Assembly: GCA_027021705.1 (NCBI GenBank)
Contig: JALUTT010000056.1
Span: forward strand, 64,001 to 128,000
DNA from: Anaerolineae bacterium
Lineage (GTDB): Bacteria > Chloroflexota > Anaerolineae > S140-20
DNA: 64,000 nucleotides
Direction of reading: 5' to 3'
In this document: piece by piece, positions 1 through 11,669 of the stretch
How the letters are laid out: each line of letters starts with the position of its first letter
Numbering within the stretch: the first letter of the stretch is position 1
Notes under the pieces: model-generated
The model's database searches: none
Told to the model about the DNA's origin: nothing
The model's input: only the letters and a program-made list of their open reading frames with translations
Translations under genes and position numbers: made by a program

Positions 1-313
1 TGGCCATGTGCTCGTCGGCCCCCACCTGTAGGGCCGTCTCCCGGTCAATGGGCTGCCCTCGGGCCGTGAGGATCAGGATCGGCATCTCGGCGGTTTGGGG
101 TTGCTCCCGAAGACGGCGCACGATGTCGTACCCCGTGATGCCCGGCATCATCACGTCAATGATTGCCAGATCGGGAGGATCGGCAAGCGCTTTGCTCAGC
201 CCATCGGCGGGATCCGCCGACAGGACCACCTGGTGGCCACCGCGCTTGGCCAGAATCAACCGCATCATGTCCAACAGGTCTGCGCTGTCATCAATCACCA
301 GGATTCTGGCCAT
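1..313 (-). CDS. Response regulator receiver-domain protein (5' part; runs off the window)
   Basis: Not in the ORF track. Manual translation from ATG at 313 gives MARILVIDDSADLLDMMRLIL...PDLAIIDVMMPGITGYDIVRRLREQPQTAEMPILILTARGQ, with the REC motifs DD, D-x-x-MP and LTA. Confidence 0.9.
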   Translation of the reverse strand, partial: MARILVIDDSADLLDMMRLILAKRGGHQVVLSADPADGLSKALADPPDLAIIDVMMPGITGYDIVRRLREQPQTAEMPILILTARGQPIDRETALQVGADEHMA

Positions 314-321
314 AGGTCCCC

Positions 322-861
322 CTATCCTTCTTCTGGAATGCAGATCGCCCCGATGACATCCTTGTTGACCAAAATGATCCCCCCTGTGAACTGAATCTTG
401 GGGTTCAGGGTGGCGAAGATCGTGCCATCCAGAATGGGGATGAAACGGTCTGTGCCAATGGCCAGGACTGCCCTCAGGTCCAGCTTGCCACTCATCTGGA
501 GCAGTCCTCGCACTTCGAAGCCGGGGATCGTCAGGAAGACCTCCCGCAGGTAGGTGCCGAAGTAGCTGCCATAGGTCTGCTTCTTGGAGAGGCCGTCCTC
601 CTGGCGGGCCAACACCACCATCGTGATGTTGTCCTTAAGCAGCGAGGAGATCGGATAGCTGGCCGTGATCTCTCCCGGCCGGTCTATGGGAGAGATGTAG
701 ACCCCCTCGACATCCAGGTAGGATGTCGTGCGGTCGTTGAGCTGGTCTGCCAGGGGGCGATGGCGCACATCCACCTGACCCGAGATTCGATAGTCATGGG
801 TGAAGAAATCGGCCGTCACCCACCCGCGCCGCCGGACAACCAGATCCTGCTCCTTGGCCAT
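322..861 (-). CDS. Conserved hypothetical protein (two internally similar beta-rich halves)
   Basis: ORF 322..867. Start placed at ATG 861 after the GAGGTG RBS. Tightly packed within the operon. Confidence 0.7.
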   Translation of the reverse strand: MAKEQDLVVRRRGWVTADFFTHDYRISGQVDVRHRPLADQLNDRTTSYLDVEGVYISPIDRPGEITASYPISSLLKDNITMVVLARQEDGLSKKQTYGSYFGTYLREVFLTIPGFEVRGLLQMSGKLDLRAVLAIGTDRFIPILDGTIFATLNPKIQFTGGIILVNKDVIGAICIPEEG

Positions 862-901
862 CAACACCTCACGACCGGATTGCAGATTGCAATTCGCAGA
901 C

Positions 902-1963
902 CTATTTCCAGCCGAGCATCACGAAGGCCTCGACCAACTCCTTCCGATGGCGCACCCGGCGGAGCCCCAGAGGGCGCACCTTGACGAGCTCCTCGACTTG
1001 CACGTAGGTTTCCCGACTGAGGACGATCTCCCCGTCTCCGGCGATCTCCTCCAGCCGCTTGGCGATGTTCACGGTGTCGCCTACAGCGGTGTAGTTCATC
1101 AGCCAGGGTGCACCGATGTTGCCCACGACCGCCTCCCCCGTGTGGATGCCGATGCCGCAGACAAGCCGGTGCTCGGGTGGCAGAGCCTTGTGCAGCTGCT
1201 GCAGGCGGGTACGGATCAGCCAGGCCGCCCGGACCGCCCGTCGGGCGTGGTCGGGTTGGGGATGGGGCGCGTTGAAGATGGTCAACATCGCGTCGCCCAT
1301 AAACTTGTCCAACGTCCCCCGGTAGACGAGCACCGCCTCCGCTGCCGTCCCCAAATGGGCGTTGAGCAGTTCCAGCACCTTCTCGGGGGGAGTCCTCTCC
1401 GCCAAGGCCGTGAACCCATGCAGGTCCACGAAGAGGACCGTCACCTCCCGACGGGTCCCCCCCAGAGCGAGATCAGACCCGTTGAGGATCGTCTCGACGA
1501 CGGGCTGAGCCAGGTAGCGCTGGAGCACCTCCCGGGTCCGAGCCTGCTCCAGCCGCAATCGGTCGGCCTCTTGCTTCGCCCGCAGCCGAGCAGCGATGCG
1601 GGCCGCCAACTCTTCGAAATCGAAGGGCTTGATAATGTAGTCGTCGGCCCCCACCCCCAGCCCTTTCACCCGATCACGCAGGTCCCGCAGGCCCGTGACC
1701 ATCAACACAGGAATATCGGCGGTGAGCGGATCGGCCTTGAGCCGGCGGCAGACCTCGAACCCATCCATCCCCGGCATATGGATGTCCAGGAGCAAGAGGT
1801 CCGGGTGGAAGAGGCGGACCTTGGTCAAGGTCTCCAGGCCGTCGTGCGCAACCAGGACGTTGTAACCCAGGGCAGACAGGAAGTCGTGCAGGATGTCCGT
1901 CTCCTCTTGGGTGTCGTCAGCAGCCAGGATTGTCGCAGCCCCCGTCATTCTTTTATCTGCCAT
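902..1963 (-). CDS. Response regulator-adenylate/guanylate cyclase (class III) fusion
   Basis: N-terminal REC domain (LLLDIHMPGMDG, DYIIKPF) plus cyclase motifs VLFVDLHGFT, DKFMGDA and YTAVGDTVNIAKRLE. Start at 1963 or 1948. Confidence 0.92.
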   Translation of the reverse strand: MADKRMTGAATILAADDTQEETDILHDFLSALGYNVLVAHDGLETLTKVRLFHPDLLLLDIHMPGMDGFEVCRRLKADPLTADIPVLMVTGLRDLRDRVKGLGVGADDYIIKPFDFEELAARIAARLRAKQEADRLRLEQARTREVLQRYLAQPVVETILNGSDLALGGTRREVTVLFVDLHGFTALAERTPPEKVLELLNAHLGTAAEAVLVYRGTLDKFMGDAMLTIFNAPHPQPDHARRAVRAAWLIRTRLQQLHKALPPEHRLVCGIGIHTGEAVVGNIGAPWLMNYTAVGDTVNIAKRLEEIAGDGEIVLSRETYVQVEELVKVRPLGLRRVRHRKELVEAFVMLGWK

Positions 1964-1968
1964 TGGTG

Positions 1969-2532
1969 TCAGGTTGTATGAATCACCTCGCCTGCCGGGG
2001 CCTCGCGGAACTTCACTTGGTAAAGACGGATGGCATGGCGGATGGCTTGACGGGCCGCAGCCGCCGGCTCCCATCCCAGCGGCTCCGTGTGCACACCCTC
2101 CAGGTCCTTGTAGACCGAGAAGAAATGGGCCATCTCAGCCAGAAAGTGCTGGGGGATGTCCGTGATGTCGTGGTAGTCGGCGAAGAAGGGATCGTGCTCG
2201 AGCACCGCCAGCACCTTGTCGTCGGGCAATCCCTTGTCCAGCATTCGAAAGAGGCCGATAGGGCGTGCCTCCAGCAGACATCCTGAGAAGGTCGGGGAGT
2301 TGGTCATCACCAAGATGTCCAATGGATCCCCATCGTCGTAATAGGTCTGTGGGATCAACCCATAGTCCCCCGGGTAGTGGAGGGAAGAGTAGAGGACCCG
2401 ATCAAGGCGCAAGAGGCCCAGGTCCTTGTCGTACTCGTACTTGTTACGGCTCCCCTTGGGAATCTCCACGATGACGTAGACGATGTCCGGCGCGTTGGGG
2501 CCGGGGGAAAGCTCATGCCACAGGTTCATCAC
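1969..2532 (-). CDS. ppa: Inorganic pyrophosphatase (family I)
   Basis: EIPKGSRNKYEYD, YPGDYGLIPQT and DGDPLDIL motifs. Confidence 0.95.
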   Translation of the reverse strand: MMNLWHELSPGPNAPDIVYVIVEIPKGSRNKYEYDKDLGLLRLDRVLYSSLHYPGDYGLIPQTYYDDGDPLDILVMTNSPTFSGCLLEARPIGLFRMLDKGLPDDKVLAVLEHDPFFADYHDITDIPQHFLAEMAHFFSVYKDLEGVHTEPLGWEPAAAARQAIRHAIRLYQVKFREAPAGEVIHTT

Positions 2533-2807
2533 ACCCTCCTGCGGTCCCGGTCCTCCAAGAAGTCACCGTAGCCACCTTGGTGCCGGTCTCGATAGAGAGC
2601 CGGCTCGTTCTCGCCGCTGTCCGGCGGCCCCAACAGGGCGATCAGCCGGGTCAGCGTGGTCTCGTCGTAGACCAGGTCGCCACAGTAGTCACACCGCCAG
2701 GCAGGCACTCCGGGCAGAAGGACGAACTGCCCACCGTGCCAGCGGGCGTAGGTGGCTCGGGTAGGGCGCATCGCGCCGATGCGACAGACGGGACAAAGTT
2801 CCATCAA
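2529..2807 (-). CDS. YgiT/MqsA-type zinc finger protein
   Basis: CPVC...[11 protein letters not shown]. Overlaps both neighbouring genes by 4 nt. Confidence 0.8.
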   Translation of the reverse strand: MMELCPVCRIGAMRPTRATYARWHGGQFVLLPGVPAWRCDYCGDLVYDETTLTRLIALLGPPDSGENEPALYRDRHQGGYGDFLEDRDRRRV

Positions 2808-3493
2808 CCTGCTTCCTCCTCCTTCCTCGCCTCCCGGACGATCTGAACGCCGGCGCTGGCTCCCAGGCGGGTCGCCCCGGCCGCAATCATCGCCTGAGCT
2901 GTCGTGTAATCTCGGATCCCTCCGGCGGCCTTGACCCCCATCTGGGGCCCCACCGTCCGGCGCATCAACGCCACATCGTGGACGGTGGCCCCTCCAGGGC
3001 CGAAGCCGGTGGAGGTCTTCACGAAATCCGCACCGGCCGCCTGAGCCAGCCGACAGGCTCGGATCTTCTCCTCATCGGTGAGCAGGGCTGCCTCGATGAT
3101 CACCTTGCAGAGGGCGCGATGGGCGTGGCAGAGCTCCGCGATGGCCGCGATCTCGTCACGCACCATCTCGTCGTCGCCCGCCTTGAGGGCGCCTATTTGC
3201 AGCACCATATCCACCTCGGTCGCCCCCTCCTGGAGCACCTGCTCCGCCTCGTAGCGCTTCACCGAAGGCATCGTGGCCCCCAGTGGAAACCCGACCACGC
3301 TGCAGATGGCGATCTCCGTGTCCTCCAGCATGCGCACGGCCAGCCGCACGTAGACGGGGTTCACGCAGACGGCGGCGAAGCGGTAGGTCCGGGCCTCCTC
3401 GCAGAGCCGAATGACCTGCTTCGGCGTCGCCTCGGGCTTCAGCAGCGTGTGGTCTATCATCCGCGCCAGCGCTTCCGCGTCCATTCTGGGCAT
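2804..3493 (-). CDS. deoC: Deoxyribose-phosphate aldolase
   Basis: [24 protein letters not shown] and GVKAAGGIR. Real start at ATG 3493 after AGGAG; the upstream part of ORF 2804..4279 overlaps lepB and is spurious. Confidence 0.95.
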   Translation of the reverse strand: MPRMDAEALARMIDHTLLKPEATPKQVIRLCEEARTYRFAAVCVNPVYVRLAVRMLEDTEIAICSVVGFPLGATMPSVKRYEAEQVLQEGATEVDMVLQIGALKAGDDEMVRDEIAAIAELCHAHRALCKVIIEAALLTDEEKIRACRLAQAAGADFVKTSTGFGPGGATVHDVALMRRTVGPQMGVKAAGGIRDYTTAQAMIAAGATRLGASAGVQIVREARKEEEAG

Positions 3494-3498
3494 CGCTC

Positions 3499-4191
3499 CT
3501 ATTCTGTCGTCCCCTCGGACGCCACCGGGCTCTGAACATCCGCAGGGAACCGGTAGTGGGCCACCAGCCCCCAGCGGGAGGGTGGCCAGTAGGAGAGCCA
3601 GGCCTTGCCTACGATCTGGTCCCGGGGCAGCAGCCAGCCGTTGTGGGAATCGCTGGAGTTGCGCCGGTTGTCCCCCAGGACGAAGTACTCGTCGGGACCC
3701 AGGGTCCAGCTCCCCGAATAGGTGGCCGGGCTGGTGATGTAGGGTTCGTAGAGGGGCTGCCCATTGATGAAGACCCGTCCGGCGCGGATCTCCACCCGCT
3801 CCCCCGGCAGTCCGATCACCCGCTTGATGAAATCCCGGCTGGGGTCCTTGGGAAAGTGGAAGACCACCACATCGCCTCGCTGGGGTGGGTGGAACTTGTA
3901 GGTCAACTTGTTGATGATCAGGTACTGACCATCGTGGAGGTTGGGCTCCATACTTTGTCCTTCGATGCGGAACCGCCCCGTCACCGTGTTGACGACGAGG
4001 AAGATGATCGCCGTCAGCAGGATGGTCTCCAGGACCTCCCGGACCAGTTTCCATCCTTGCCCCGAGGATTCCTCCCGCAGGCCGGTCGGAGGAGCGGGTT
4101 GCGCGTAGGGTTGAGGTGCCTCCTGGGGCGAGGGTGGGCCGACAAGCTCGCGTTGTTCTGCCGTCCAGGGTTCGTCTCCGATCTTCTCCAT
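3499..4191 (-). CDS. lepB: Signal peptidase I
   Basis: TM helix followed by GQSMEPNL (catalytic Ser), [11 protein letters not shown] (Lys) and [10 protein letters not shown]. Start position uncertain. Confidence 0.93.
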   Translation of the reverse strand: MEKIGDEPWTAEQRELVGPPSPQEAPQPYAQPAPPTGLREESSGQGWKLVREVLETILLTAIIFLVVNTVTGRFRIEGQSMEPNLHDGQYLIINKLTYKFHPPQRGDVVVFHFPKDPSRDFIKRVIGLPGERVEIRAGRVFINGQPLYEPYITSPATYSGSWTLGPDEYFVLGDNRRNSSDSHNGWLLPRDQIVGKAWLSYWPPSRWGLVAHYRFPADVQSPVASEGTTE

Positions 4192-4267
4192 AGGTCTCAC
4201 ACCAGAACGAGATGGTTTGGAGACGGGAGGTGCCCTCTGGCATCTCTCCACGTCCACCATTTCTCGC

Positions 4268-4296
4268 ATTGTACTCCAATCGGCCACTTTATGCAA
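4268..4296 (-). promoter_or_regulatory. sigma70-type promoter for the lepB-deoC-ppa operon
   Basis: Minus strand TTGCAT-17bp-TACAAT. Confidence 0.6.
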
Positions 4297-4327
4297 GCGA
4301 CCTGGTGCAAAAGCCCCCGCGAACGGT

Positions 4328-4356
4328 TTGACACCATCCTAGAGTTATGGTATTAT
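4328..4356 (+). promoter_or_regulatory. sigma70-type promoter for roadblock/pyrG
   Basis: TTGACA-17bp-TATTAT with an extended TG. Confidence 0.7.
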
Positions 4357-4430
4357 GTTGGTGTTCGTCCTATGGACATATCGTCAGCGAGCCGTCAAAA
4401 TCCCCAGCTTCTGTGAAAGGAGCCCCTTCC

Positions 4431-4802
4431 ATGACCAAGTCGCGCACGGAGTTGATGGTCGAACGTCTTCGAGATCTACAGGCTGGCACACCCGACATCG
4501 AGGCCTCAGCCGTGGTCAGCGTAGACGGATTGATCATGGCCTCTTCACTGCCCGCCGGTGTGGAGGAAGATCGAGTCTCCGCAATGTCGGCAGCAATGCT
4601 CTCGCTGGGTGAGCGGATCGCCAGCGAACTGGGGCGCGGTACCTTGAACCAGGTCTTCATCCGGGGTGATAACGGGTTCGTCATCCTGCGGGCTGTAGGC
4701 GAAGAAGCCGTTCTCACCGTCTTGGCCCGTCGAGATGCCAAGCTGGGGCTGATCTTTCTGGACATGGATCGTGCTGCTACCGACCTAGAACGGTTGGTCT
4801 GA
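4431..4802 (+). CDS. Roadblock/LC7 (MglB-like) domain protein
   Basis: SAVVSVDGLIMAS...DRVSAMSAAMLSLGERI...KLGLIFLDM. AGGAG RBS before ATG 4431. Confidence 0.9.
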   Translation: MTKSRTELMVERLRDLQAGTPDIEASAVVSVDGLIMASSLPAGVEEDRVSAMSAAMLSLGERIASELGRGTLNQVFIRGDNGFVILRAVGEEAVLTVLARRDAKLGLIFLDMDRAATDLERLV

Positions 4803-4916
4803 GCCAGGACGATGGCTCGCTTTCGAGAGTAGACACGGAAGCCCTTTCCCTCCTCTCCGTCGCTCAGACTGAGCCCTGTAGGAAGAGGCGGCGACCGAGA
4901 GATATTGCCGCCGGCG

Positions 4917-4944
4917 GCCCGGCATTGAGGTGCCGGGCTTTTCT
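4917..4944 (+). terminator. Intrinsic terminator/attenuator between the roadblock gene and pyrG
   Basis: GCCCGGCA-ttgagg-TGCCGGGC followed by TTTTCT. Confidence 0.65.
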
Positions 4945-5109
4945 GTGACGCTGACGGCCCTCGGGTCGCCTGCCACAGGATGGATGGGCAGCGCTCCGGC
5001 CCGGTGAGCTGGAGCATCCAGTGGATCTCCTGCCCCTCCCCGGGGTCAGGAGACCCGAGACCGCGACGGCCGGGTACGCGCCCGGTCTACGACTTGAGGA
5101 GTCGTCTAG

Positions 5110-6811
<1,702 letters not shown>

Positions 6812-6848
6812 TCCCCTGTTGCCATCCCACATTAAGGAGAAGTTGCCC

Positions 6849-7793
6849 GTGAGCGAACAGAAGAACACCCAACCTACGAGCATCCGCGACCTGCAACCCA
6901 AGATGCGCCTGGAAGGGCGGGTGACCAAAGTGGAACTTTTCGGAGCGCTGGTAGACATTGGCCTGGAGCGGGAGGGGCTCCTCCACATCTCTCAACTGCC
7001 GGAGCGCGTCAACCGGGTCACCGACATCCTTCACGAGGGAGACCAGATCACGGTCTGGGTCAAGGAGGTCAACAAAAAGCGGGGGCTGGTCACGCTAACG
7101 ATGATCGAGCCCCCGCGCCTTGAATGGCGCGACCTCCAGCCCAAGCAGAAATACGTCGGCAAGGTGACCCGCATCGAGTCCTTCGGGGCCTTCGTGGACA
7201 TCGGCGCCCCCCGCGAGGGGCTGGTGCACATCTCCCGGCTGAGCCCCCAGCGGGTGGAGTCGGTCTCCGACGTGGTCCAAGTCGGCGACGAGGTGACCGT
7301 CTGGGTCCACGAGGTGAACAAGAAGGCCGGTCGGATCAGCCTGACGATGGTAGAACCTCCAGCCGTGGATTGGGATGATCTCCGGATCGGCGACATCTAC
7401 CGGGGCAAGGTGACCCGTCTGGAGTCCTTCGGAGCCTTCGTGGACATCGGTGCTCCCCGCGAGGGACTGCTCCACGTTCGGGATATGGGCGTGGGCTACC
7501 TGGACCACCCCAGCGAGTTCCTCGAGGTCGGTGAGGAGGTCGAAGTCCAGGTCCTCAAGGTGGATCGCCGCCGGGGGCGGATCGAGCTGGGGATGAAGGG
7601 GGCTGGCCTGGAACTCACCGAGGAGGAGATGGAAGAACCGCCCACGGTGATGGAACTGGCCCTCCGACAGGCCCTGGCGGAGAAGGCCCGTCAGCGCCAG
7701 CGCCAGCGAGAAGAGGAAGACGAGACGCGGGCGCGGGCCCGCCGGGAGCAGGAGGAGATCCTGGCCCGCACCCTGGAGCAGTTAAGCCGCTAG
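6849..7793 (+). CDS. S1 RNA-binding domain protein (three S1 repeats, ribosomal protein S1-like)
   Basis: Three repeats of G(K/R)VT..E.FGA.VDIG..REGL.H. GTG start at 6849 after AAGGAG. Charged C-terminal tail. Confidence 0.9.
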   Translation: MSEQKNTQPTSIRDLQPKMRLEGRVTKVELFGALVDIGLEREGLLHISQLPERVNRVTDILHEGDQITVWVKEVNKKRGLVTLTMIEPPRLEWRDLQPKQKYVGKVTRIESFGAFVDIGAPREGLVHISRLSPQRVESVSDVVQVGDEVTVWVHEVNKKAGRISLTMVEPPAVDWDDLRIGDIYRGKVTRLESFGAFVDIGAPREGLLHVRDMGVGYLDHPSEFLEVGEEVEVQVLKVDRRRGRIELGMKGAGLELTEEEMEEPPTVMELALRQALAEKARQRQRQREEEDETRARARREQEEILARTLEQLSR

Positions 7794-7834
7794 CCACCCC
7801 GCTCCGCCCATCCGCGATGGGGAGATCGAAAAAT

Positions 7835-7863
7835 GGCCCGGCTTCCTGGCCGGAAGCTGGGCC
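7835..7863. terminator. Hairpin between the convergent S1 and VKOR genes
   Basis: GGCCCGGCTTCC-tggcc-GGAAGCTGGGCC, preceded by AAAAA. Confidence 0.55.
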
Positions 7864-7892
7864 TCCTCTTGTCCTTTGTCCCGCCCTACCTC

Positions 7893-8348
7893 TCACACCT
7901 CCCACGCTGCCCGCAGGTCCCGCAGCGTCAGGGCGAAGATGGCCGTGATCACCAGCGCCGAGGTGACACACCAGAAACACCAGGCCCGGATGACGAAAGC
8001 TTCCAGGTAGGTCAGATAGAGGGAGTAGAGAAAGCCGACGAGGGCCGTTCCGAAGAGGGCTGCGGACAGGTGGAAAGCTGTCTCCCCCTGCACCCGGTCC
8101 CGCAACAACGAGAGGCCCAGCAGGACTATGTAGCCCAGGAGGCCGATGGAGGCCACAGGGATCCCTCTGATCTCGGCGTAGGGGCTGTTTTGGACCGTTG
8201 CGCAGCCGTGGTAGCCGCCGCAGTAGGGGCTCTGGCCGGCCAGGTGACTCCAAGTCAGATAGCCGGAGACACCGATGCCGATCAAGGAGAGCAAAGGAAT
8301 CTCCCAGCGGGGGATAACCTCCACCCACCCGACCACCTGTTGCTTCAT
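7893..8348 (-). CDS. Vitamin K epoxide reductase (VKOR) family membrane protein
   Basis: C-x5-C..V..S.YA loop and C-terminal CFWC redox motif; 4-5 TM segments. Confidence 0.9.
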   Translation of the reverse strand: MKQQVVGWVEVIPRWEIPLLSLIGIGVSGYLTWSHLAGQSPYCGGYHGCATVQNSPYAEIRGIPVASIGLLGYIVLLGLSLLRDRVQGETAFHLSAALFGTALVGFLYSLYLTYLEAFVIRAWCFWCVTSALVITAIFALTLRDLRAAWEV

Positions 8349-9061
8349 GTCCCCGCTCCTGCCAACACCTGCTCGATGACCTGCTGGAAGACCTCGAAAG
8401 GATAGGCCCCCCGTAGCAACTGACCGTTGACCAGGAAGGTCGGAGTAGCATCAACCCCCAGTTGCTGAGCCGACCGGATGGCCGCCTCAATCGCCTGCCG
8501 GTGCTTCTGGGAGTCCAGACACTGGGTAAAGGTATCCACGTCCAGGCCCAGATCACGGGCATAGCCTATCAAGTCGGCCCGCTGGACCCGCCCTTGATTG
8601 ACGAAGAGGGTGTGGTGGTACTCCCAGAATTTATCCTGGTCGGCGGCACAGTAGGCCGCCTCGACGATGGGGATCCGATCCGGTCCCAGGGCGAAGTAGT
8701 GGTTGATGTACTGGACCTTCCCCGTCGCCACAAAGGCTTCGTCAATGCGGGGAGCCGTCTCCAAGTTGAAGTCCCGGCAGTGAGGGCAGAGGTAATCGGA
8801 GAACTCGACGATCTTCACGGGGGCGTCGGGAGAGCCCCGATAGGGGAACCCTTCGTCGGTGAAGCCGGTAGGCACGTTGGGGTTCAGGCCGACCGTCTCC
8901 TCGCCTCCGCCTCTCTCTCCTCGGCCCGTTCCCAGCAGGATCAGGCCGCCGGTGATCAGGAGGGCGGTGACGACGATGATGCCGACCAGGATGATCCGTT
9001 GTCGTCGGCGGCGGGCCCGCGCCCTGGCTGCGGCCCGGGCGCGTTTCGTCTGACTGCTCAC
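8345..9061 (-). CDS. DsbA-family thioredoxin-fold oxidoreductase (membrane anchored)
   Basis: EFSDYLCPHC and GVDATPTFLVNG. Translationally coupled to the VKOR gene. Confidence 0.9.
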   Translation of the reverse strand: MSSQTKRARAAARARARRRRQRIILVGIIVVTALLITGGLILLGTGRGERGGGEETVGLNPNVPTGFTDEGFPYRGSPDAPVKIVEFSDYLCPHCRDFNLETAPRIDEAFVATGKVQYINHYFALGPDRIPIVEAAYCAADQDKFWEYHHTLFVNQGRVQRADLIGYARDLGLDVDTFTQCLDSQKHRQAIEAAIRSAQQLGVDATPTFLVNGQLLRGAYPFEVFQQVIEQVLAGAGT

Positions 9062-9173
9062 GATGACCTCCTCGGTTTCCAGGAGACAGCGTGCTGTGGG
9101 AGAATTCGGGAGAACAGATTCGACGCCATCCTGGCCTCCGCCCCGGCGCGGTGAGGCCGAGATGACGGGAGGA

Positions 9174-9201
9174 AGTATACCACAAGATAGGGCATCGTCA
9201 A
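9174..9201 (-). promoter_or_regulatory. Promoter for dsbA-VKOR
   Basis: Minus strand TTGACG-16bp-TATACT with an extended TG. Confidence 0.55.
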
Positions 9202-9275
9202 AAACCCCTCTAGACCTCGGGAATCTCCAGATAAAGCGTTGATAGGCCCTGGGTAGGCGACAGAGAGGAGTTGCT

Positions 9276-10166
9276 ATGCTGAGACCTTACGGGATCTTGC
9301 CGGCGATGGTCACCCCGCTGGACGCCCAGGAGAGGGTGAACGAGGCTGCGCTGCGCCGGTTGGTCCGCCATCTATTGGCGGGTGGGGTGCACGGCCTCTT
9401 CGTCCTGGGCAGTCAGGGGGAGTTCTACGCCTTCACCCCCGACGAGAAGCGGCGGGTGCTGGAGGTGGTGCTGGACGAGGTGAACGGGCGGGTGCCCGTC
9501 TACGCCCACGCCGCCGCCATCGCCACCCGCCAGGCGGTCGCCCTGGCCCGGATGATGGAGGAGACAGGGGCCGACGCCCTCGCCCTGCTCACCCCCTTCT
9601 TCGTCACCCCCAGCCAACAGGAACTCTACGACCATTACCGGGCGGTGGCCGAGGCGACGGCGCTGCCCCTCATCCTCTACGATAACCCCGGACGCACCCA
9701 CGTGCGCCTGGCCCCGGAGACGGTGGGCCGGCTGGCCGAACTCCCCAACATCGTGGGGATCAAGGATTCCGGCGGGGACCTGGGGATGACGCTGGCCTAC
9801 ATCCAGGCGACGCCCGACGACTTCGCCGTCCTGACGGGGCCGGACGCCCTCATCCTGGCCGGCCTCGTCTACGGCACTCGGGGGGCCGTCTCGGCTGTAG
9901 CCAACATCGCACCCCACCTGGCCGTGGCCGTCTACGAGCGGTTCCAGGCCGGCGATCTGGAGGGCGCCCGCCAGGCCCAGGCGCGGCTGGCCGCCCTGCG
10001 CCGGGCCTTCCGCTGGGGCACCTACCCCGGCGTCACCAAAGAGGCGCTGAACCTGCTGGGGATCGAGGTGGGGCCACCCCGCCGTCCCGTAGGCCCCCTC
10101 TCCGAAGAGGCCCGCCGTCGTCTGGCAAGCCTCCTGGAGGAGGTGGGGGTGCTCCCCACGGCCTGA
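9276..10166 (+). CDS. Dihydrodipicolinate synthase (DapA/NAL) family aldolase
   Basis: GSQGE, LYDNPGRT and GIKDSGG (Schiff-base Lys). Confidence 0.9.
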   Translation: MLRPYGILPAMVTPLDAQERVNEAALRRLVRHLLAGGVHGLFVLGSQGEFYAFTPDEKRRVLEVVLDEVNGRVPVYAHAAAIATRQAVALARMMEETGADALALLTPFFVTPSQQELYDHYRAVAEATALPLILYDNPGRTHVRLAPETVGRLAELPNIVGIKDSGGDLGMTLAYIQATPDDFAVLTGPDALILAGLVYGTRGAVSAVANIAPHLAVAVYERFQAGDLEGARQAQARLAALRRAFRWGTYPGVTKEALNLLGIEVGPPRRPVGPLSEEARRRLASLLEEVGVLPTA

Positions 10167-10228
10167 CGGGTTGGCCCTGGAAGGGCCTCCTATCAGACTT
10201 TGATAAACCGCTTGCGGGGCCGTCGTCT

Positions 10229-10779
10229 CCCATCCGCTCAATCCGTTCTCCAATCCGTTGACAGCTTGTCCGTTCCGGCCACGGCAAGGGACACGAAGGG
10301 CACCAAGAGCTCAAAGGGCACAAAGCGGTGCGAAAGTCTGGACAACCCCTCTTGGGAGCCCCCCCCCATCCGTTCCAAATCCGTTCAATCCGTTCCCAAT
10401 CCGTTGACAGCTATCCGCTTCCCCAATCCGTCGCCAGCTCGTCCGTTCCGGCCACGGCAAGGGACACGAAGGGCACCAAGAGCTCAAAGGGCACAAAGCG
10501 GTGCGAAAGTCTGGACAACCCCTCTTGGGAGCACCAACCCCCCATCCGTTCAATCCGTTCCCAATCCGTTGACAGCTATCCGCTTCCCCAATCCGTCGCC
10601 AGTTCGTCCGCTCCGGCCACGGCAAGGGACACGAAGGGCACCAAGAGCTCAAAGGGCACAAAGCGGTACGAAAGTCTGGACAACCCCTCTTGGGAGCACC
10701 AACCCCCCATCCGTTCCAAATCCGTTCAATCCGTTCCCAATCCGTTGACAGCTATCCGCTTCCCCAATCCGTCGCCAGC
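10229..10779. repeat. Tandem repeat, ~165-173-bp unit, about 3.3 copies
   Basis: ACGGCAAGGGACACGAAGGGCACC recurs at 10281, 10454 and 10619. Units are nearly identical and built from AAGGGCAC-like and ATCCGTT sub-repeats. Confidence 0.95.
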
Positions 10780-11663
10780 ACCTCCTTTGTCACCCGGGGC
10801 AGGTCGGCGAAGGACTCGACGACGTGGGCACCCGCCTCCCGTAACCGGGCCACCTTGCCCTCGTAGGTCCCGCGCCCCCCTTCGATGATGGCGCCGGCGT
10901 GGGAGAAACGGGTGCCGCTGCGGGCTGCCCGCCCCCCAATGTAGGCGACGACCGGCTTCGTCACCTCCCCCGCCTCCATCAGGTCGGCCACCTGCTCCTC
11001 CTGGGAGGTGCCGATCTCCCCGAAGATCACCACCGCCTTCGTCTCCGGGTCCCGCTGGAAGCGCAGGACGATCTCGGGTAGGGGCAGGCCAACGACGGGG
11101 TCGCCTCCCACGTGGACCATCGTCGTCGCCCCGATCCCCTCCCGGGCCAGGTAATAGGCGGTGGCCGAGGTCATCCCTCCACTGCGAGAAGCGATGCCCA
11201 CCGGCCCCGGCATGAACCAGGCCCGGGCGCTGGCCGCCCGCCCACCCATCATCCCCAGCACCGCCTTGCCGGGGCTGAGCACCCCCAGCGTGTTGGGGCC
11301 GACGAAGTGGGCACCGGCCTCCCGCGCCGCCTTGTGGATCTCCAGCACGTCGTAGAGGGGAACCCGGTCGGGCACGATGACCAGCAGCTTGACGCCGGCC
11401 TCGATGGCCTCCAGCGCCGCGCTCCTCACCAATGGAGCCGGGATGAAGAGGACGCTGACATCAATGGGGCCGACCTCCTCCCAAGCCTCCTCCACCGTGT
11501 CGAAGACGGGCACCCCTTCCACCTCTTGCCCTCGCCGCCCCGGCGTCACACCGCCGACGATCTGGGTGCCGTAAGCCTTCATCAGGCGGGTGCGGGTCCG
11601 CCCTTCCCGCCCGGTGATCCCTTGGACGATAACCCGTTTGGTGCGGTCAATGAGGATAGACAT
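10752..11663 (-). CDS. Succinyl-CoA synthetase alpha-like subunit (ADP-forming acyl-CoA ligase)
   Basis: VIVQGITG, GPNTLG, SRSGG and the phospho-His motif FSHAGAII. Confidence 0.9.
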   Translation of the reverse strand: MSILIDRTKRVIVQGITGREGRTRTRLMKAYGTQIVGGVTPGRRGQEVEGVPVFDTVEEAWEEVGPIDVSVLFIPAPLVRSAALEAIEAGVKLLVIVPDRVPLYDVLEIHKAAREAGAHFVGPNTLGVLSPGKAVLGMMGGRAASARAWFMPGPVGIASRSGGMTSATAYYLAREGIGATTMVHVGGDPVVGLPLPEIVLRFQRDPETKAVVIFGEIGTSQEEQVADLMEAGEVTKPVVAYIGGRAARSGTRFSHAGAIIEGGRGTYEGKVARLREAGAHVVESFADLPRVTKEVLATDWGSG

Positions 11664-11669
11664 CGTGGC

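Noticed and set aside
10229..10779. CRISPR array
   Set aside because: The units are near-identical over their whole length, with no unique spacers and no cas genes in the window.
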